Source: Burkholderiales bacterium
GTDB taxonomy: Bacteria; Pseudomonadota; Gammaproteobacteria; Burkholderiales; SG8-39
Assembly: GCA_035607175.1 (NCBI GenBank)
Contig: DATNCP010000075.1
Coordinates: forward strand, 7,774-71,773
Direction: 5' to 3'
DNA length: 64,000 bases
The first letter of the stretch is position 1. The number at the start of each line of letters is the position of its first letter. Positions 9,488-18,419 of the stretch are shown in pieces. A program made the translations under genes and the position numbers. The notes beneath the pieces were generated by a model, which had not been told where the DNA came from, did no database searches, and saw only the letters and a list, made by a program, of their open reading frames with translations.

Positions 9488-10381
9488 TCAGGGCGCGGGA
9501 ACCCGCGAGGAGTGGTGATCCACGATCAGCCACTTCCCCTCGTGGTTGCGGTAGACGAGGCTGTAGCGCGCCGGCACCGGTTCCTGCTTGCCGTCGCGCG
9601 TCACCCAGAAGGTATAGGTGCCGGTGTCGATCGCCGTATCGCCGTAGACGCGGATGCGCTGCTCGCCGATCGCCGCGGTAACGGGCACGCGCTGCGGCGC
9701 GGCGAGGCTCTTGAAATACTCGGCGATCGCCGAAGGGCCGGCTGCGAGCCGCTGCGCATCGGTACCCCAGATCACCGCCTCCGGGTCGTACATCTGGGCG
9801 ATGCGCGCCGCGTCGCGCTTGTTGAAGGCGTCGACCCAGGCGGCGGTCGCTGCCGCGATCTGCTCATGCACGCTGGTGGCCGCCGCTCGCGGCGGCGCCG
9901 GCTGCGAGCTGAACACCGCAGGCGCGTCGCCGGTCGCCTGCGCCATCAGGTTCACGGCGCCAAGCGCGCGGAAGCGGGTCGTCGCGATGACTGGCGCCGC
10001 GCTGCTCGCGCTGACCGATTGCACGCTCGCGCACTCGAACTTCGGCTCGACGACGAAGTACGCCGAGCCGCCCGGCGGGAAATCATGCTCGACGCGCGCC
10101 TCGAGCGGCTTCGACGCCGGCCCGCCCTGGCAACGGATGGCGAGGACCTGCCGGCCGGAAGACATGCGAAAGCGCGTGTGCTCGCCGTTTCTCAGGTCGA
10201 ACACCGGCTGGTCGGCAACGACGATGTAGAACGGCCACTCCGCCGCGACCACCGTGCGCGGGCGGAGAACGGTGACCTCGGTCGACGGATCGCCCGCCGC
10301 CGGCAGCGGGCGCAGGGCAATCTCGTCCGTGGCGCAGCCTGCAAGCGCGAGAGCAAGGCATCCGATGCGCAAGGTTTTCAT
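9488..10381 (-). CDS. Lipoprotein with C-terminal SnoaL/DUF4440-like (NTF2-fold) domain
   Basis: Lipobox 'LALAGC'. C-terminus 'AWVDAFNKRDAARIAQMYDPEAVIWGT ... YSLVYRNHEGKWLIVDHHSS' is typical of NTF2-like DUF4440 domains. Confidence 0.7.
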   Translation of the reverse strand: MKTLRIGCLALALAGCATDEIALRPLPAAGDPSTEVTVLRPRTVVAAEWPFYIVVADQPVFDLRNGEHTRFRMSSGRQVLAIRCQGGPASKPLEARVEHDFPPGGSAYFVVEPKFECASVQSVSASSAAPVIATTRFRALGAVNLMAQATGDAPAVFSSQPAPPRAAATSVHEQIAAATAAWVDAFNKRDAARIAQMYDPEAVIWGTDAQRLAAGPSAIAEYFKSLAAPQRVPVTAAIGEQRIRVYGDTAIDTGTYTFWVTRDGKQEPVPARYSLVYRNHEGKWLIVDHHSSRVPAP

Positions 10382-10388
10382 GCGGCCG

Positions 10389-10883
10389 CTATTCTGACAG
10401 AGGAAAGCGCTCGACCGGCTCGTAGGTCGAACCGCGGGACGAAATGCGCGAGGCGAGCAACGCGAACTCCCGGACCGGCCAGGCCGCCCGCGGCGGAGGC
10501 GGCAGCTCTCCGGGGTCGCGCGCCTTGCGCAGCAGCGTCACATGGGCGGCGAAGGGCCGCCGCTCGAGGATGAACCCGGCACGATGCAGCTCGAGGTGCA
10601 GCGATCTCACGAGGCGATCGAGCTCGGGCGGCATCTCGCGCGGTCCCACCCAGACGATCTGGTTCTTCTTCCAGTAGTGCGCCTCCTCGATCGGTAATTC
10701 GTGCGCAGCGCCGCGCACCCGTCTTGCCGCGTCGATGGCCTTCTCCGGACCCGCCTCGCCGAGAAAGGCGAGCGTCAGGTGAATGTTCTCCCGCGCAACC
10801 GCCCTGCCCTCGAGGCCTTCGGCCCATGCGTGCAGGGCAGCGGCGGTCTGCGCCGGCGGCCATGCTGCGAAAAAGAGCCTCAC
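10389..10883 (-). CDS. thpR: RNA 2',3'-cyclic phosphodiesterase (2H phosphoesterase, LigT/ThpR)
   Basis: Two HxTx motifs, 'HLTLAFLG' and 'HVTLLRKA'. The GTG start at 10883 overlaps the upstream stop (GTGA). The longer ORF 10389..11312 overlaps paiB and was rejected. Confidence 0.8.
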   Translation of the reverse strand: MRLFFAAWPPAQTAAALHAWAEGLEGRAVARENIHLTLAFLGEAGPEKAIDAARRVRGAAHELPIEEAHYWKKNQIVWVGPREMPPELDRLVRSLHLELHRAGFILERRPFAAHVTLLRKARDPGELPPPPRAAWPVREFALLASRISSRGSTYEPVERFPLSE

Positions 10884-11500
10884 TCCGGCGGGAGGTGCTT
10901 TCGAGTCAAGGCGGCGAGCGCCTGCTCGATCGAGTCGGGCGACTTGCCGAGCTGCGCGGCGATCAGCTCCATCTCCCGCCGGCTGCGGTTCTGCGACAGC
11001 TTCCAGCGCGTCTCGATGCGCGTCACCGAGATCTCGAAATTGACGATGCCCTCGAGCATCATCGTCACGTACTTCTCCGGCAGCTTGTCGAACTCGGGCA
11101 GCCACTGCGGGTCCATGGCGGCGACCAGCCGCCGCTGGGATTCGTGCTTCGCCTTCCGCTCGGAGTTGATTTTCGGCAAGCCATAGGCGTGCACCGCGGC
11201 ATAGTTCCAGGTCGGCACGCGCTCCTTCTCCTCGTACCAGCGCGGCGAGACGTACGCATGCGGCCCGGAGAACACCACCATCACCTCCTGGTCGTCGAAG
11301 AACTCCTGCCACTGCGGGTTGTTCTTCGCCATATGCATGTCGAGCACCAGCTGCGGCTCGGTCCTGCCGACCAGGACCGGCAGGTGCGAGGCGTGCAGCG
11401 TGCCGCCGGTGCCGGTGACCAGAACCGGAAAGTTGTTGGCGCGCATGAAGGCGAGCAGCTCGGCCCGGTCCTCGAGGCGGTTGTAGGACGGCGAGTACAT
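10880..11500 (-). CDS. FMN-binding negative transcriptional regulator (PaiB family)
   Basis: 206 aa. 'LLAFMRANNFPVLVT ... ASHLPVL ... GPHAYVSPRWY ... VPTWNYAAVHAYG ... KLSQNR' matches the PaiB-family pattern. Confidence 0.8.
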   Translation of the reverse strand: MYSPSYNRLEDRAELLAFMRANNFPVLVTGTGGTLHASHLPVLVGRTEPQLVLDMHMAKNNPQWQEFFDDQEVMVVFSGPHAYVSPRWYEEKERVPTWNYAAVHAYGLPKINSERKAKHESQRRLVAAMDPQWLPEFDKLPEKYVTMMLEGIVNFEISVTRIETRWKLSQNRSRREMELIAAQLGKSPDSIEQALAALTRKHLPPE

Positions 11501-11501
11501 G

Positions 11502-11969
11502 TCAGGCGATCAGCGCCACGGCCATCGCGGCGATGCCTTCGCCGCGGCCGATGAAGCCGAGTTGCTCGGTGGTGGTGGCCTTGACGTTGATCGCCGCCGG
11601 CGCGACGCCGAGGTCGGCGGCGATGTTGCCGATCATGCGCGCCACGTGCGGCGCCATGCGCGGCGCCTCGGCGACGATGGTGGCGTCGACGTTGACGATC
11701 TCGTAGCCCTGCGCCTTCACTTTCGCGGCGACGTCGCGCAGCAGCTTGCGGCTGTCGATGTCGGAGAACTTGGGGTCGCTGTCGGGATAGTGGCGGCCGA
11801 TGTCGCCGAGCGCGGCCGCGCCGAGCAGCGCGTCGCAGATCGCGTGCAGCAGTACGTCGGCATCCGAGTGCCCGGCGAGACCCTTGTGGTGCGGGATCTC
11901 GACGCCGCCGATCACCAGCTTGCGGCCGGCGACGAAGGCATGCACGTCGAGGCCCTGGCCGATCCTCAT
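11502..11969 (-). CDS. ispF: 2-C-methyl-D-erythritol 2,4-cyclodiphosphate synthase
   Basis: '[12 protein letters not shown]', '[19 protein letters not shown]', '[11 protein letters not shown]' and '[19 protein letters not shown]' are classical IspF motifs. Confidence 0.95.
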   Translation of the reverse strand: MRIGQGLDVHAFVAGRKLVIGGVEIPHHKGLAGHSDADVLLHAICDALLGAAALGDIGRHYPDSDPKFSDIDSRKLLRDVAAKVKAQGYEIVNVDATIVAEAPRMAPHVARMIGNIAADLGVAPAAINVKATTTEQLGFIGRGEGIAAMAVALIA

Positions 11970-11979
11970 GCGCGCTTCC

Positions 11980-12675
11980 TCATTTGCGTCTCGCCAGGAA
12001 GGCCTCGGCGATGGCGAGATCCTCCGGGAAGGTCACCTTCAGGTTCTCGCGGCTGCCGGTGACGAGCCGCGGCTTGAGTCCCATCTGCTCGATCGCGCTC
12101 GCCTCGTCGGTGACCGGGCCGGTCGCCCGCCGCAGCGCCTGCGCGAGCAGGCCGGCGCGGAACATTTGCGGCGTCTGCGCTAGCCAGAGTTGGGCACGAT
12201 TTTCCGTAGCGGCGATGCGCTGTACCCCCGCCTCATCCTTGGCCGCCTTTTTGACCGTCTCGGCGACCGGCAGCGCCAGCAGGCCTCCGACAGCGTCAGG
12301 CTGGCATTCGCGCAGCAGGCTGTCGAGATCGCGCGGCGGCAGGCACGGCCGCGCCGCGTCGTGCACGAGGACCCAATCGTCCGCATCGACGGTATTCATC
12401 ACGGAAACCAGCCCGTTGTAGACCGAATCGCGCCGCGCTTCGCCGCCGCAATAGAGCGGCTGGACCTTGCCGTCGAACGCGCTCCAGTCCTGCGCGGCGA
12501 AGGACCCGTCGTCCGGCGCGAGCACGACGAAGACGGTTTCGACCGGCGGCACGCATACTGCTCGCACCGAATGCCACAGCATCGCCCTTCCCGCGAGACG
12601 GGCGTATTGCTTGGGCTGCTCGCCGGCGAAACGCGAGCCGCTTCCAGCGGCGGGAATGAGAGCGAACACAGGCAT
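11980..12675 (-). CDS. ispD: 2-C-methyl-D-erythritol 4-phosphate cytidylyltransferase
   Basis: '[12 protein letters not shown]', '[10 protein letters not shown]' and 'TPQMFR'. Lies upstream of ispF in the usual ispDF order. Confidence 0.9.
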   Translation of the reverse strand: MPVFALIPAAGSGSRFAGEQPKQYARLAGRAMLWHSVRAVCVPPVETVFVVLAPDDGSFAAQDWSAFDGKVQPLYCGGEARRDSVYNGLVSVMNTVDADDWVLVHDAARPCLPPRDLDSLLRECQPDAVGGLLALPVAETVKKAAKDEAGVQRIAATENRAQLWLAQTPQMFRAGLLAQALRRATGPVTDEASAIEQMGLKPRLVTGSRENLKVTFPEDLAIAEAFLARRK

Positions 12676-12677
12676 AA

Positions 12678-15600
12678 TTGCATGCTTTTCCTCGTGATTC
12701 TACGTCTTTCTCCCAAGTGCATCGCGACTCCCTTCCAGCCCGCAGGCGCCTGGCGAAGCTGAGCGGCTCCGCCGACTCGCTCGCGGTCGCGCGCCTCGCT
12801 GCCGGAGAAAGCCCGATCGCGATCGTCACCGCGACCGCGCTCGACGCGCAGCGGCTGATCGAGGAACTGGCGTGGCTCGCGCCATCGCTGCGCACCGCGC
12901 TGCTGCCCGACTGGGAGACGCTGCCGTACGACCAGTTCTCGCCGCACCAGGACCTCGTCTCGGAGCGCCTGGCGACGCTTTACGGGATGCAGCGCGGCGA
13001 CTTCGACGTGATGGTCGTGCCCGCCACCACGGCACTGGTGCGGCTCTGTCCGCCCGCCTACATCGCTTCGAGAACATTCTTTCTCAAGCAGAAGGAGACG
13101 CTCGACACCGAGACGCTGCGCGCGCAGCTCGCCACCGCGGGCTACCAGCACGTCACCCAGGTCATGGCACCGGGCGAGGTCTGCTTCCGCGGCGGCCTGA
13201 TCGACCTCTTCCCCACCGGCAGCGCGGTTCCCTATCGCATCGACCTCGACGACGACGTCATCGACGGCATCCGCACCTTCGACGTCGACACGCAGCGCAC
13301 CCTGTACGCGGTGGCCGAGGTCCGTCTCCTGCCCGCGCGCGAGTTTCCGCTCGACGATGCCGGCCGGGCGCAATTCCGCCTGCGCTGGCGCGAGACCTTC
13401 GAGGGCGATCCGTCGAAGAAGCGTCTCTACCGCGACGTATCGACCGGCATTCCGGCCGCGGGCATCGAGTACTACCTGCCCCTGTTCTTCGATTCGGTGT
13501 CCACGCTCTTCGACTACCTGCCGCGCGGCTGCACGGTCATGCTGCACCACGACGTGGGCGGCGCGATCCAGGAATTCTGGCGCGACGCCAGCACGCGCCA
13601 CCGCCTGCTCGGCGGCGACGCCGACCGGCCGCTGCTGCCGCCGGCGCAGCTGTTCGTTGCGGCGGAGGAGTTCTACGTCCTGCTGCGCGACCACCCGCGC
13701 ATCGACGTGGCGCCGCAAGAAGACGGCGAGCACGATGCCGGCCTCGTCGCGGCGCCGCTACCCGCGGTCGCGGTCGACCGGCGCGCGCAGGATCCGCTCG
13801 CGGCGCTGAAGGCATTCCTCGCCGGCTCCAGGCTGCGGGTCTTCCTTGCGGCGGAGTCGGCCGGGCGACGGGAAACGATGCTCGCGTACTTCGCCGAATA
13901 CGGCCTCAAGCCCTCCCCGTCGGCGAGCTTCGACGAATTTTTCAAGGGGACTGAAGCGTTCTGCCTCGGCGTCGCGCCGCTGGCGCACGGGTTTTCCGTG
14001 CCCGCCGAGGGCTGGGCGATCGTCACCGAAGCCGAGCTCTACGCGGGGGTCGTCCGCCGCCGGGCGCGCGCCGCGGAGAAACCGAGCGCGGTCGACGGCA
14101 TGCTGCGCGACCTCTCCGAGCTCAAGGTCGGCGACCCGGTGGTGCACGAGCAGCACGGCATCGGGCGGTTCCAGGGGCTGGTGACCCTGAGTCTCGAGGA
14201 CGGCACGAGCGAGTTCCTGCTGCTCGAATACCAGGGCGGGGACAAGCTCTACGTGCCCGTCTCGCAGCTGGGCATGATCGGCCGATACAGCGGCGCGCAG
14301 CCCGAGGAAGCGCCGCTGCACAAGCTCGGCAGCGGCGAATGGGACAAGGCGAAGGCGCGCGCCGCGAAGCAGGTGCGCGACACGGCGGCCGAGCTGCTCG
14401 GGCTGTACGCCCGGCGCGCGGCGCGGGTGGGTCATTCGTTCGGGGTGAATCCGCACGACCTGGAGGCTTTCGCCGACGGCTTCGGCTTCGAGGAGACGGT
14501 CGATCAGGCGGCGGCGATCGAAGCCGTGGTGGCGGACCTCAAGGCCGGCAAGCCGATGGACCGGCTGGTGTGCGGCGACGTCGGCTTCGGCAAGACCGAG
14601 GTGGCGCTGCGCGCCGCGTTCGTTGCCGTCGCCGACAAGAAGCAGGTCGTGGTGCTCTGCCCGACCACGCTGCTCGCCGAGCAGCACCTGCAGACCTTCT
14701 CCGACCGCTTCGCCGACTGGCCGGTGAAAATCGTCGAGCTGTCGCGCTTTCGCAGCGGCAAGGAGTCGTCGAAGATCGTCGCGGAGCTGAAGACGGGAGA
14801 GGTGGACATCGTCATCGGCACCCACAAGCTGTTGTCGAAGGACGTTTCCTTCAAGACGCTCGGGCTGGTGATCATCGACGAGGAGCACCGCTTCGGCGTG
14901 CGCCAGAAGGAAGCCCTGAAGCGGCTGCGCTCCGAGGTCGACGTGCTCACGCTGACGGCGACGCCCATCCCCCGGACGCTGGCGATGTCGCTCGAGGGGA
15001 TCCGCGACTTCTCGGTGATCGCCACCGCGCCGGAGAAGCGCCTCGCCATCAAGACCTTCGTCTCGCCCTGGTCCGAGGGCCTGATCCGCGAGGCGGTGAT
15101 GCGCGAGCTGAAGCGCGGCGGGCAGGTCTACTTCCTCCACAACGAGGTCGACTCGATCGAGAGGATGGGAGAAAGACTGGCGCGCCTCCTCCCGGAGGCG
15201 AGGCTCGCGATCGCCCATGGGCAGATGCGCGAGCGCGAGCTGGAGAGGGTGATGCGCGAATTCACCGCGCAGCGCTACAACGTGCTGCTCTGCTCGACCA
15301 TCATCGAGACCGGGATCGATATCCCAACCGCCAACACCATCGTCATCAACCGCGCCGACAAGTTCGGCCTGGCGCAGCTGCATCAGCTGCGCGGCCGCGT
15401 CGGCCGCTCGCACCACCAGGCCTACGCCTACCTCCTCACGCCGCCCGAGGAGGCGTTGAGCCGCAACGCGGCGAAGCGCCTCGAGGCGATCACGATGATG
15501 GAAGACCTCGGCTCGGGCTTCTATCTCGCGATGCACGACCTCGAGATCCGCGGCGCCGGCGAGGTCCTGGGCGAGGAGCAGTCGGGGGAAATGCAGGAGG

Positions 15601-16127
15601 TCGGCTTCTCGCTCTACGCCCGGATGCTCGAGCGCGCGGTGCGCGCCCTGAAGGCCGGCCGGGCGCCGGAGCTGGAGAAGGATTTCGACCTCGACACCGA
15701 GGTCAACCTGCACGTGCCGTCGATCCTGCCCGCCACCTACTGCAGCGACGTGCACGAGCGGCTTTCGCTCTACAAGCGGCTCGCCGATGCCGCCTCGCTC
15801 GAGGGGCTCGATGCGCTGCAGGAGGAGCTGATCGATCGCTTCGGCGACCTGCCGGAGGCCGCGCGGGTACTGATCGAGTGCCACCGCGTGCGCATCGCCG
15901 CCCGGCCGCTCGGCGTGATGCGCATCGACGCGACCCACGAAGCGGTGCAGCTGCAATTCATCAAGAACCCGCCGGTCGAAGCGGCGCGCGTCCTGGCCTT
16001 CATCCAGAAGAAGGGCCGGCAGGCGCGGCTCGCCGGTCCGGAGAAGCTGCGCGTCGAGGCCAAGCTCGCGTCCTGGCCCGAGCGCGCCGCGGCGGTGAAG
16101 GACATCCTGAACCAGCTCGCCGCTTGA
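12678..16127 (+). CDS. mfd: Transcription-repair coupling factor
   Basis: 'DWETLPYDQFSPHQDLVSERL', 'RLVCGDVGFGKTEVA', 'DEEHRFGV', 'LTLTATPIPRTL' and 'QLHQLRGRVGRS'. The start is uncertain. 12678 lies only 2 nt from the divergent ispD start. GTG at 12717 fits the E. coli N-terminal spacing better. Confidence 0.9.
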   Translation: MHAFPRDSTSFSQVHRDSLPARRRLAKLSGSADSLAVARLAAGESPIAIVTATALDAQRLIEELAWLAPSLRTALLPDWETLPYDQFSPHQDLVSERLATLYGMQRGDFDVMVVPATTALVRLCPPAYIASRTFFLKQKETLDTETLRAQLATAGYQHVTQVMAPGEVCFRGGLIDLFPTGSAVPYRIDLDDDVIDGIRTFDVDTQRTLYAVAEVRLLPAREFPLDDAGRAQFRLRWRETFEGDPSKKRLYRDVSTGIPAAGIEYYLPLFFDSVSTLFDYLPRGCTVMLHHDVGGAIQEFWRDASTRHRLLGGDADRPLLPPAQLFVAAEEFYVLLRDHPRIDVAPQEDGEHDAGLVAAPLPAVAVDRRAQDPLAALKAFLAGSRLRVFLAAESAGRRETMLAYFAEYGLKPSPSASFDEFFKGTEAFCLGVAPLAHGFSVPAEGWAIVTEAELYAGVVRRRARAAEKPSAVDGMLRDLSELKVGDPVVHEQHGIGRFQGLVTLSLEDGTSEFLLLEYQGGDKLYVPVSQLGMIGRYSGAQPEEAPLHKLGSGEWDKAKARAAKQVRDTAAELLGLYARRAARVGHSFGVNPHDLEAFADGFGFEETVDQAAAIEAVVADLKAGKPMDRLVCGDVGFGKTEVALRAAFVAVADKKQVVVLCPTTLLAEQHLQTFSDRFADWPVKIVELSRFRSGKESSKIVAELKTGEVDIVIGTHKLLSKDVSFKTLGLVIIDEEHRFGVRQKEALKRLRSEVDVLTLTATPIPRTLAMSLEGIRDFSVIATAPEKRLAIKTFVSPWSEGLIREAVMRELKRGGQVYFLHNEVDSIERMGERLARLLPEARLAIAHGQMRERELERVMREFTAQRYNVLLCSTIIETGIDIPTANTIVINRADKFGLAQLHQLRGRVGRSHHQAYAYLLTPPEEALSRNAAKRLEAITMMEDLGSGFYLAMHDLEIRGAGEVLGEEQSGEMQEVGFSLYARMLERAVRALKAGRAPELEKDFDLDTEVNLHVPSILPATYCSDVHERLSLYKRLADAASLEGLDALQEELIDRFGDLPEAARVLIECHRVRIAARPLGVMRIDATHEAVQLQFIKNPPVEAARVLAFIQKKGRQARLAGPEKLRVEAKLASWPERAAAVKDILNQLAA

Positions 16128-16924
16128 ACCTCGTCATCCAGGGCCCTTCCCTCACGGAGTCTCAGGCGAGGAAGCTTGGGGCGGTGGAACGCATCACCGA
16201 CCGTGCCTGGCGGATTCGTGGCGCGACAAGCGTCGACTCTGCATATTGTGAAAGAAACCGCATTGACCACGCCCTCGTTGCGGACGGTCGCCGCTTCGCC
16301 GACCTGAAGCTGGTGGCGATGGACATGGATTCGACGCTGATCACCATGGAGACCATCGACGAGCTCGGTGACCTGGTCGGAAAGAAGCCCGAGATCGCCG
16401 CGATTACCGCGCGCGCGATGCGCGGCGAGATCGACTACCCGGAAAGCCTGCGACAAAGAGTGGCTTTGCTGAAAGGAATGGATGAAAAAGGGCTGCTCGA
16501 AGTGTACGAGAATCGACTCAGGCTCACCGCCGGCGCCGAAACCCTGCTCGCCGCCTGCAAGCGCCACGGCGTGAAAACGCTGCTCGTTTCCGGCGGTTTC
16601 ACCTTCTTCGTCGAGCGCCTGAAGGAACGGCTCGGGATCGACTACACGATCTCGAACACGCTGGAGATCGCGAATGGGCGCCTCACCGGACGGGTGCTCG
16701 GCGACATCGTGGATGCCGAGGCGAAGGCCGCGAAGTTCCTTCAGCTAGCCAAATCATTGCAAAAAGAACAGACCGTCGCGATCGGTGACGGCGCCAATGA
16801 CTTGCGGATGATGGCCGAGGCCGGGCTATCGATCGCCTTCCATGCCAAGCCGGTGGTGCGCGCGCAGGCGAGCTGCGCGATCAGCTGGTGCGGGCTGGAT
16901 GCGGTGCCAAACCTGTTCGAGTGA
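16124..16924 (+). CDS. serB: Phosphoserine phosphatase
   Basis: HAD motifs 'VAMDMDSTLI', 'VSGGF' and 'AIGDGANDLRMM'. Only a TTG at 16124 (overlapping the mfd stop as TTGA) gives a full-length N-terminal domain. Confidence 0.8.
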   Translation: MNLVIQGPSLTESQARKLGAVERITDRAWRIRGATSVDSAYCERNRIDHALVADGRRFADLKLVAMDMDSTLITMETIDELGDLVGKKPEIAAITARAMRGEIDYPESLRQRVALLKGMDEKGLLEVYENRLRLTAGAETLLAACKRHGVKTLLVSGGFTFFVERLKERLGIDYTISNTLEIANGRLTGRVLGDIVDAEAKAAKFLQLAKSLQKEQTVAIGDGANDLRMMAEAGLSIAFHAKPVVRAQASCAISWCGLDAVPNLFE

Positions 16925-17285
16925 CACGCCATTCGGCGAGCACCTGGCCGAGCAGGGCCAGGTAGGCCTGCCACTCGCGGGGGCGCCGGTACACGGCACT
17001 CAGGCCGGCCGCGCGGGCGCGCCGGTCGTCCGCCTCGCTGAGGTTTGCGCCGATGCCGACCGCCGGGATGCCCAGCGCGCGCAACTGCCGGTTCGAGGCG
17101 CGCTTGATCGCACGCTGGCCGAGGATCGCGAGGCCCTTCCCGCCGCCGTAAGCCAGGCGCGCCGCGGTGCGGAGGTCCGGCACTTGAACTACGGAGGAAG
17201 TCTCCCGGGTGAGCGCGAGGTAGGCGAGCGCCGATTCATATGGGCTGTCCTCGACGAGGATGACTTCGGGTTGCGACTCGGCCAT
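16881..17285 (-). CDS. Stand-alone receiver-like (CheY-fold) protein with degenerate phosphoacceptor site
   Basis: 'VILVEDSPYE' (beta1 with acidic pair) and 'AAGLSAVYRRP' (the usual 'GA..Y..KP' position). The expected phospho-Asp strand reads 'GLAILGQ', with Gly at the Asp position. High GC3 except in the last 44 nt, which overlap the convergent serB 3' end. Confidence 0.45.
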   Translation of the reverse strand: MAESQPEVILVEDSPYESALAYLALTRETSSVVQVPDLRTAARLAYGGGKGLAILGQRAIKRASNRQLRALGIPAVGIGANLSEADDRRARAAGLSAVYRRPREWQAYLALLGQVLAEWRVTRTGLAPHPARTS

Positions 17286-17325
17286 CGCCCAAGACGATAA
17301 GGACTGCCCTGCCGTCGCGCCATAG

Positions 17326-17365
17326 GCAGAGTTTCAGATTTTGTCGCAGAGCTTCAGATTTTGTT
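17326..17365. repeat. Two tandem 20-bp AT-rich direct repeats (gcagagYttcagattttgtY)
   Basis: 17326-17345 'gcagagtttcagattttgtc' and 17346-17365 'gcagagcttcagattttgtt' are identical at 18 of 20 positions. They lie between the ridA stop and the receiver-like gene start. The core 'gattttgtcg' recurs at 17729-17738 upstream of ridA. Confidence 0.7.
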
Positions 17366-17711
17366 ATTTCGCGGCCGTCACCATGATTTCGACCAGGCCG
17401 CGGGGGTCGGCGAGCTTGGCCTCGATGCAGGCGCGCGCCGGCATGTTCTTCGGATCGACCCAGGCGGTCCAGACCTCGTTCATCGGCGCGCGGTTGCGGA
17501 TGTCCGTGACCCAGATGGTGGCCGCCAGGATCTTCGACTTGTTCGAGCCGCATTTCGCGAGCAGGCGGTCGATTTCGTTCAATACCTCCTTGGTCTGCCC
17601 CTTCACATCGGCGTCCAGGTTCTTGGCCACCACGCCGGCCAGATAGACGGTGTCGCCGTGCTCGACGGCGAGGGACAGGATGGCGCTCTGATCGTGGCGG
17701 GTAATGCTCAT
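17364..17711 (-). CDS. RidA/YjgF-family (reactive intermediate deaminase-like) protein
   Basis: The C-terminal 115 aa of ORF 17364..18473, starting at the ATG at 17711 with 'aaggagaag' upstream. 'TVYLAGVVA', 'GQTKEVL..ID.LL' and 'PARACIEAKL' match the RidA pattern. Confidence 0.85.
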   Translation of the reverse strand: MSITRHDQSAILSLAVEHGDTVYLAGVVAKNLDADVKGQTKEVLNEIDRLLAKCGSNKSKILAATIWVTDIRNRAPMNEVWTAWVDPKNMPARACIEAKLADPRGLVEIMVTAAK

Positions 17712-17807
17712 GGCTTCGCTTCTCCTTCGATTTTGTCGGTCCGGAAGTCTACTGCGAGGCAGGTCCGCGTAGACTGCGGGGTTCGTTCTCTCCCGAAGAG
17801 GTTTGGC

Positions 17808-18419
17808 TTGATTCGCGCAGCCTGTGTCGCACTCGCGCTTCTCGCGGGCTGCACCGCCAGCCGCCTGGTGTCGCAGCAGAGCAATCCCGAGTACGTCGGC
17901 AAGTCCTTCAAGAGCATCATGGTGGTGGCGGTGACTTCGGACGAGCTGCTCCGTCGCAACTACGAGGATCGCATCGTTGCGCTGCTCGCCAAGCGCGGAC
18001 GAAAGGCCCTCCCCGCGTACGCGGCGATCGGCACACGCGGCAAGGTCGAAGAAGCGCAGCTGCGCGAGGCCATCGCCCGGTCCGGCGCCGAAGGGGTGCT
18101 CATCACGCGGGTCACCAACGTCGCCCGGTCGTCGGGAACCGTGTCCGGCGCCACGATCGCCGTCGGCGTCGGCGTCGGCCCCGGGTGGGGTGGCTTCTAC
18201 GGCTTCTACTCCGGCGTATGGCAGACGGTCGATGTTCCGCCGGAGACGATCATCGGCCCGAAGTGGACCGCTTCCGAAACGCGCCTGTTCGATGCGAGCA
18301 ACGGCGCGCTGGCGTGGACCGGTGTCGTGGATACCCGGGAAAGCGCCGACTTCGCCGCGGCTTTGACGCAGTACATCGATCTCGTCTTCGACGCCATGGT
18401 GAGCGATCGTGTTCTCTAA
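17808..18419 (+). CDS. Lipoprotein (DUF4136-like), paralog 1
   Basis: TTG at 17808 with 'gaagagg' 6 nt upstream. Lipobox 'LALLAGC'. Shares 'K..L.v.V.S.E......D...A.L.KRG ... I..SGA..vL..RVTN' with the next gene. Confidence 0.65.
   Translation: MIRAACVALALLAGCTASRLVSQQSNPEYVGKSFKSIMVVAVTSDELLRRNYEDRIVALLAKRGRKALPAYAAIGTRGKVEEAQLREAIARSGAEGVLITRVTNVARSSGTVSGATIAVGVGVGPGWGGFYGFYSGVWQTVDVPPETIIGPKWTASETRLFDASNGALAWTGVVDTRESADFAAALTQYIDLVFDAMVSDRVL

Noticed and set aside
16842-17300. 152-aa plus-strand ORF opposite the receiver-like gene
   Set aside because: The translation has no recognisable features and is Arg/Ala-rich. The minus-strand frame has receiver-like motifs and better GC3 behaviour.
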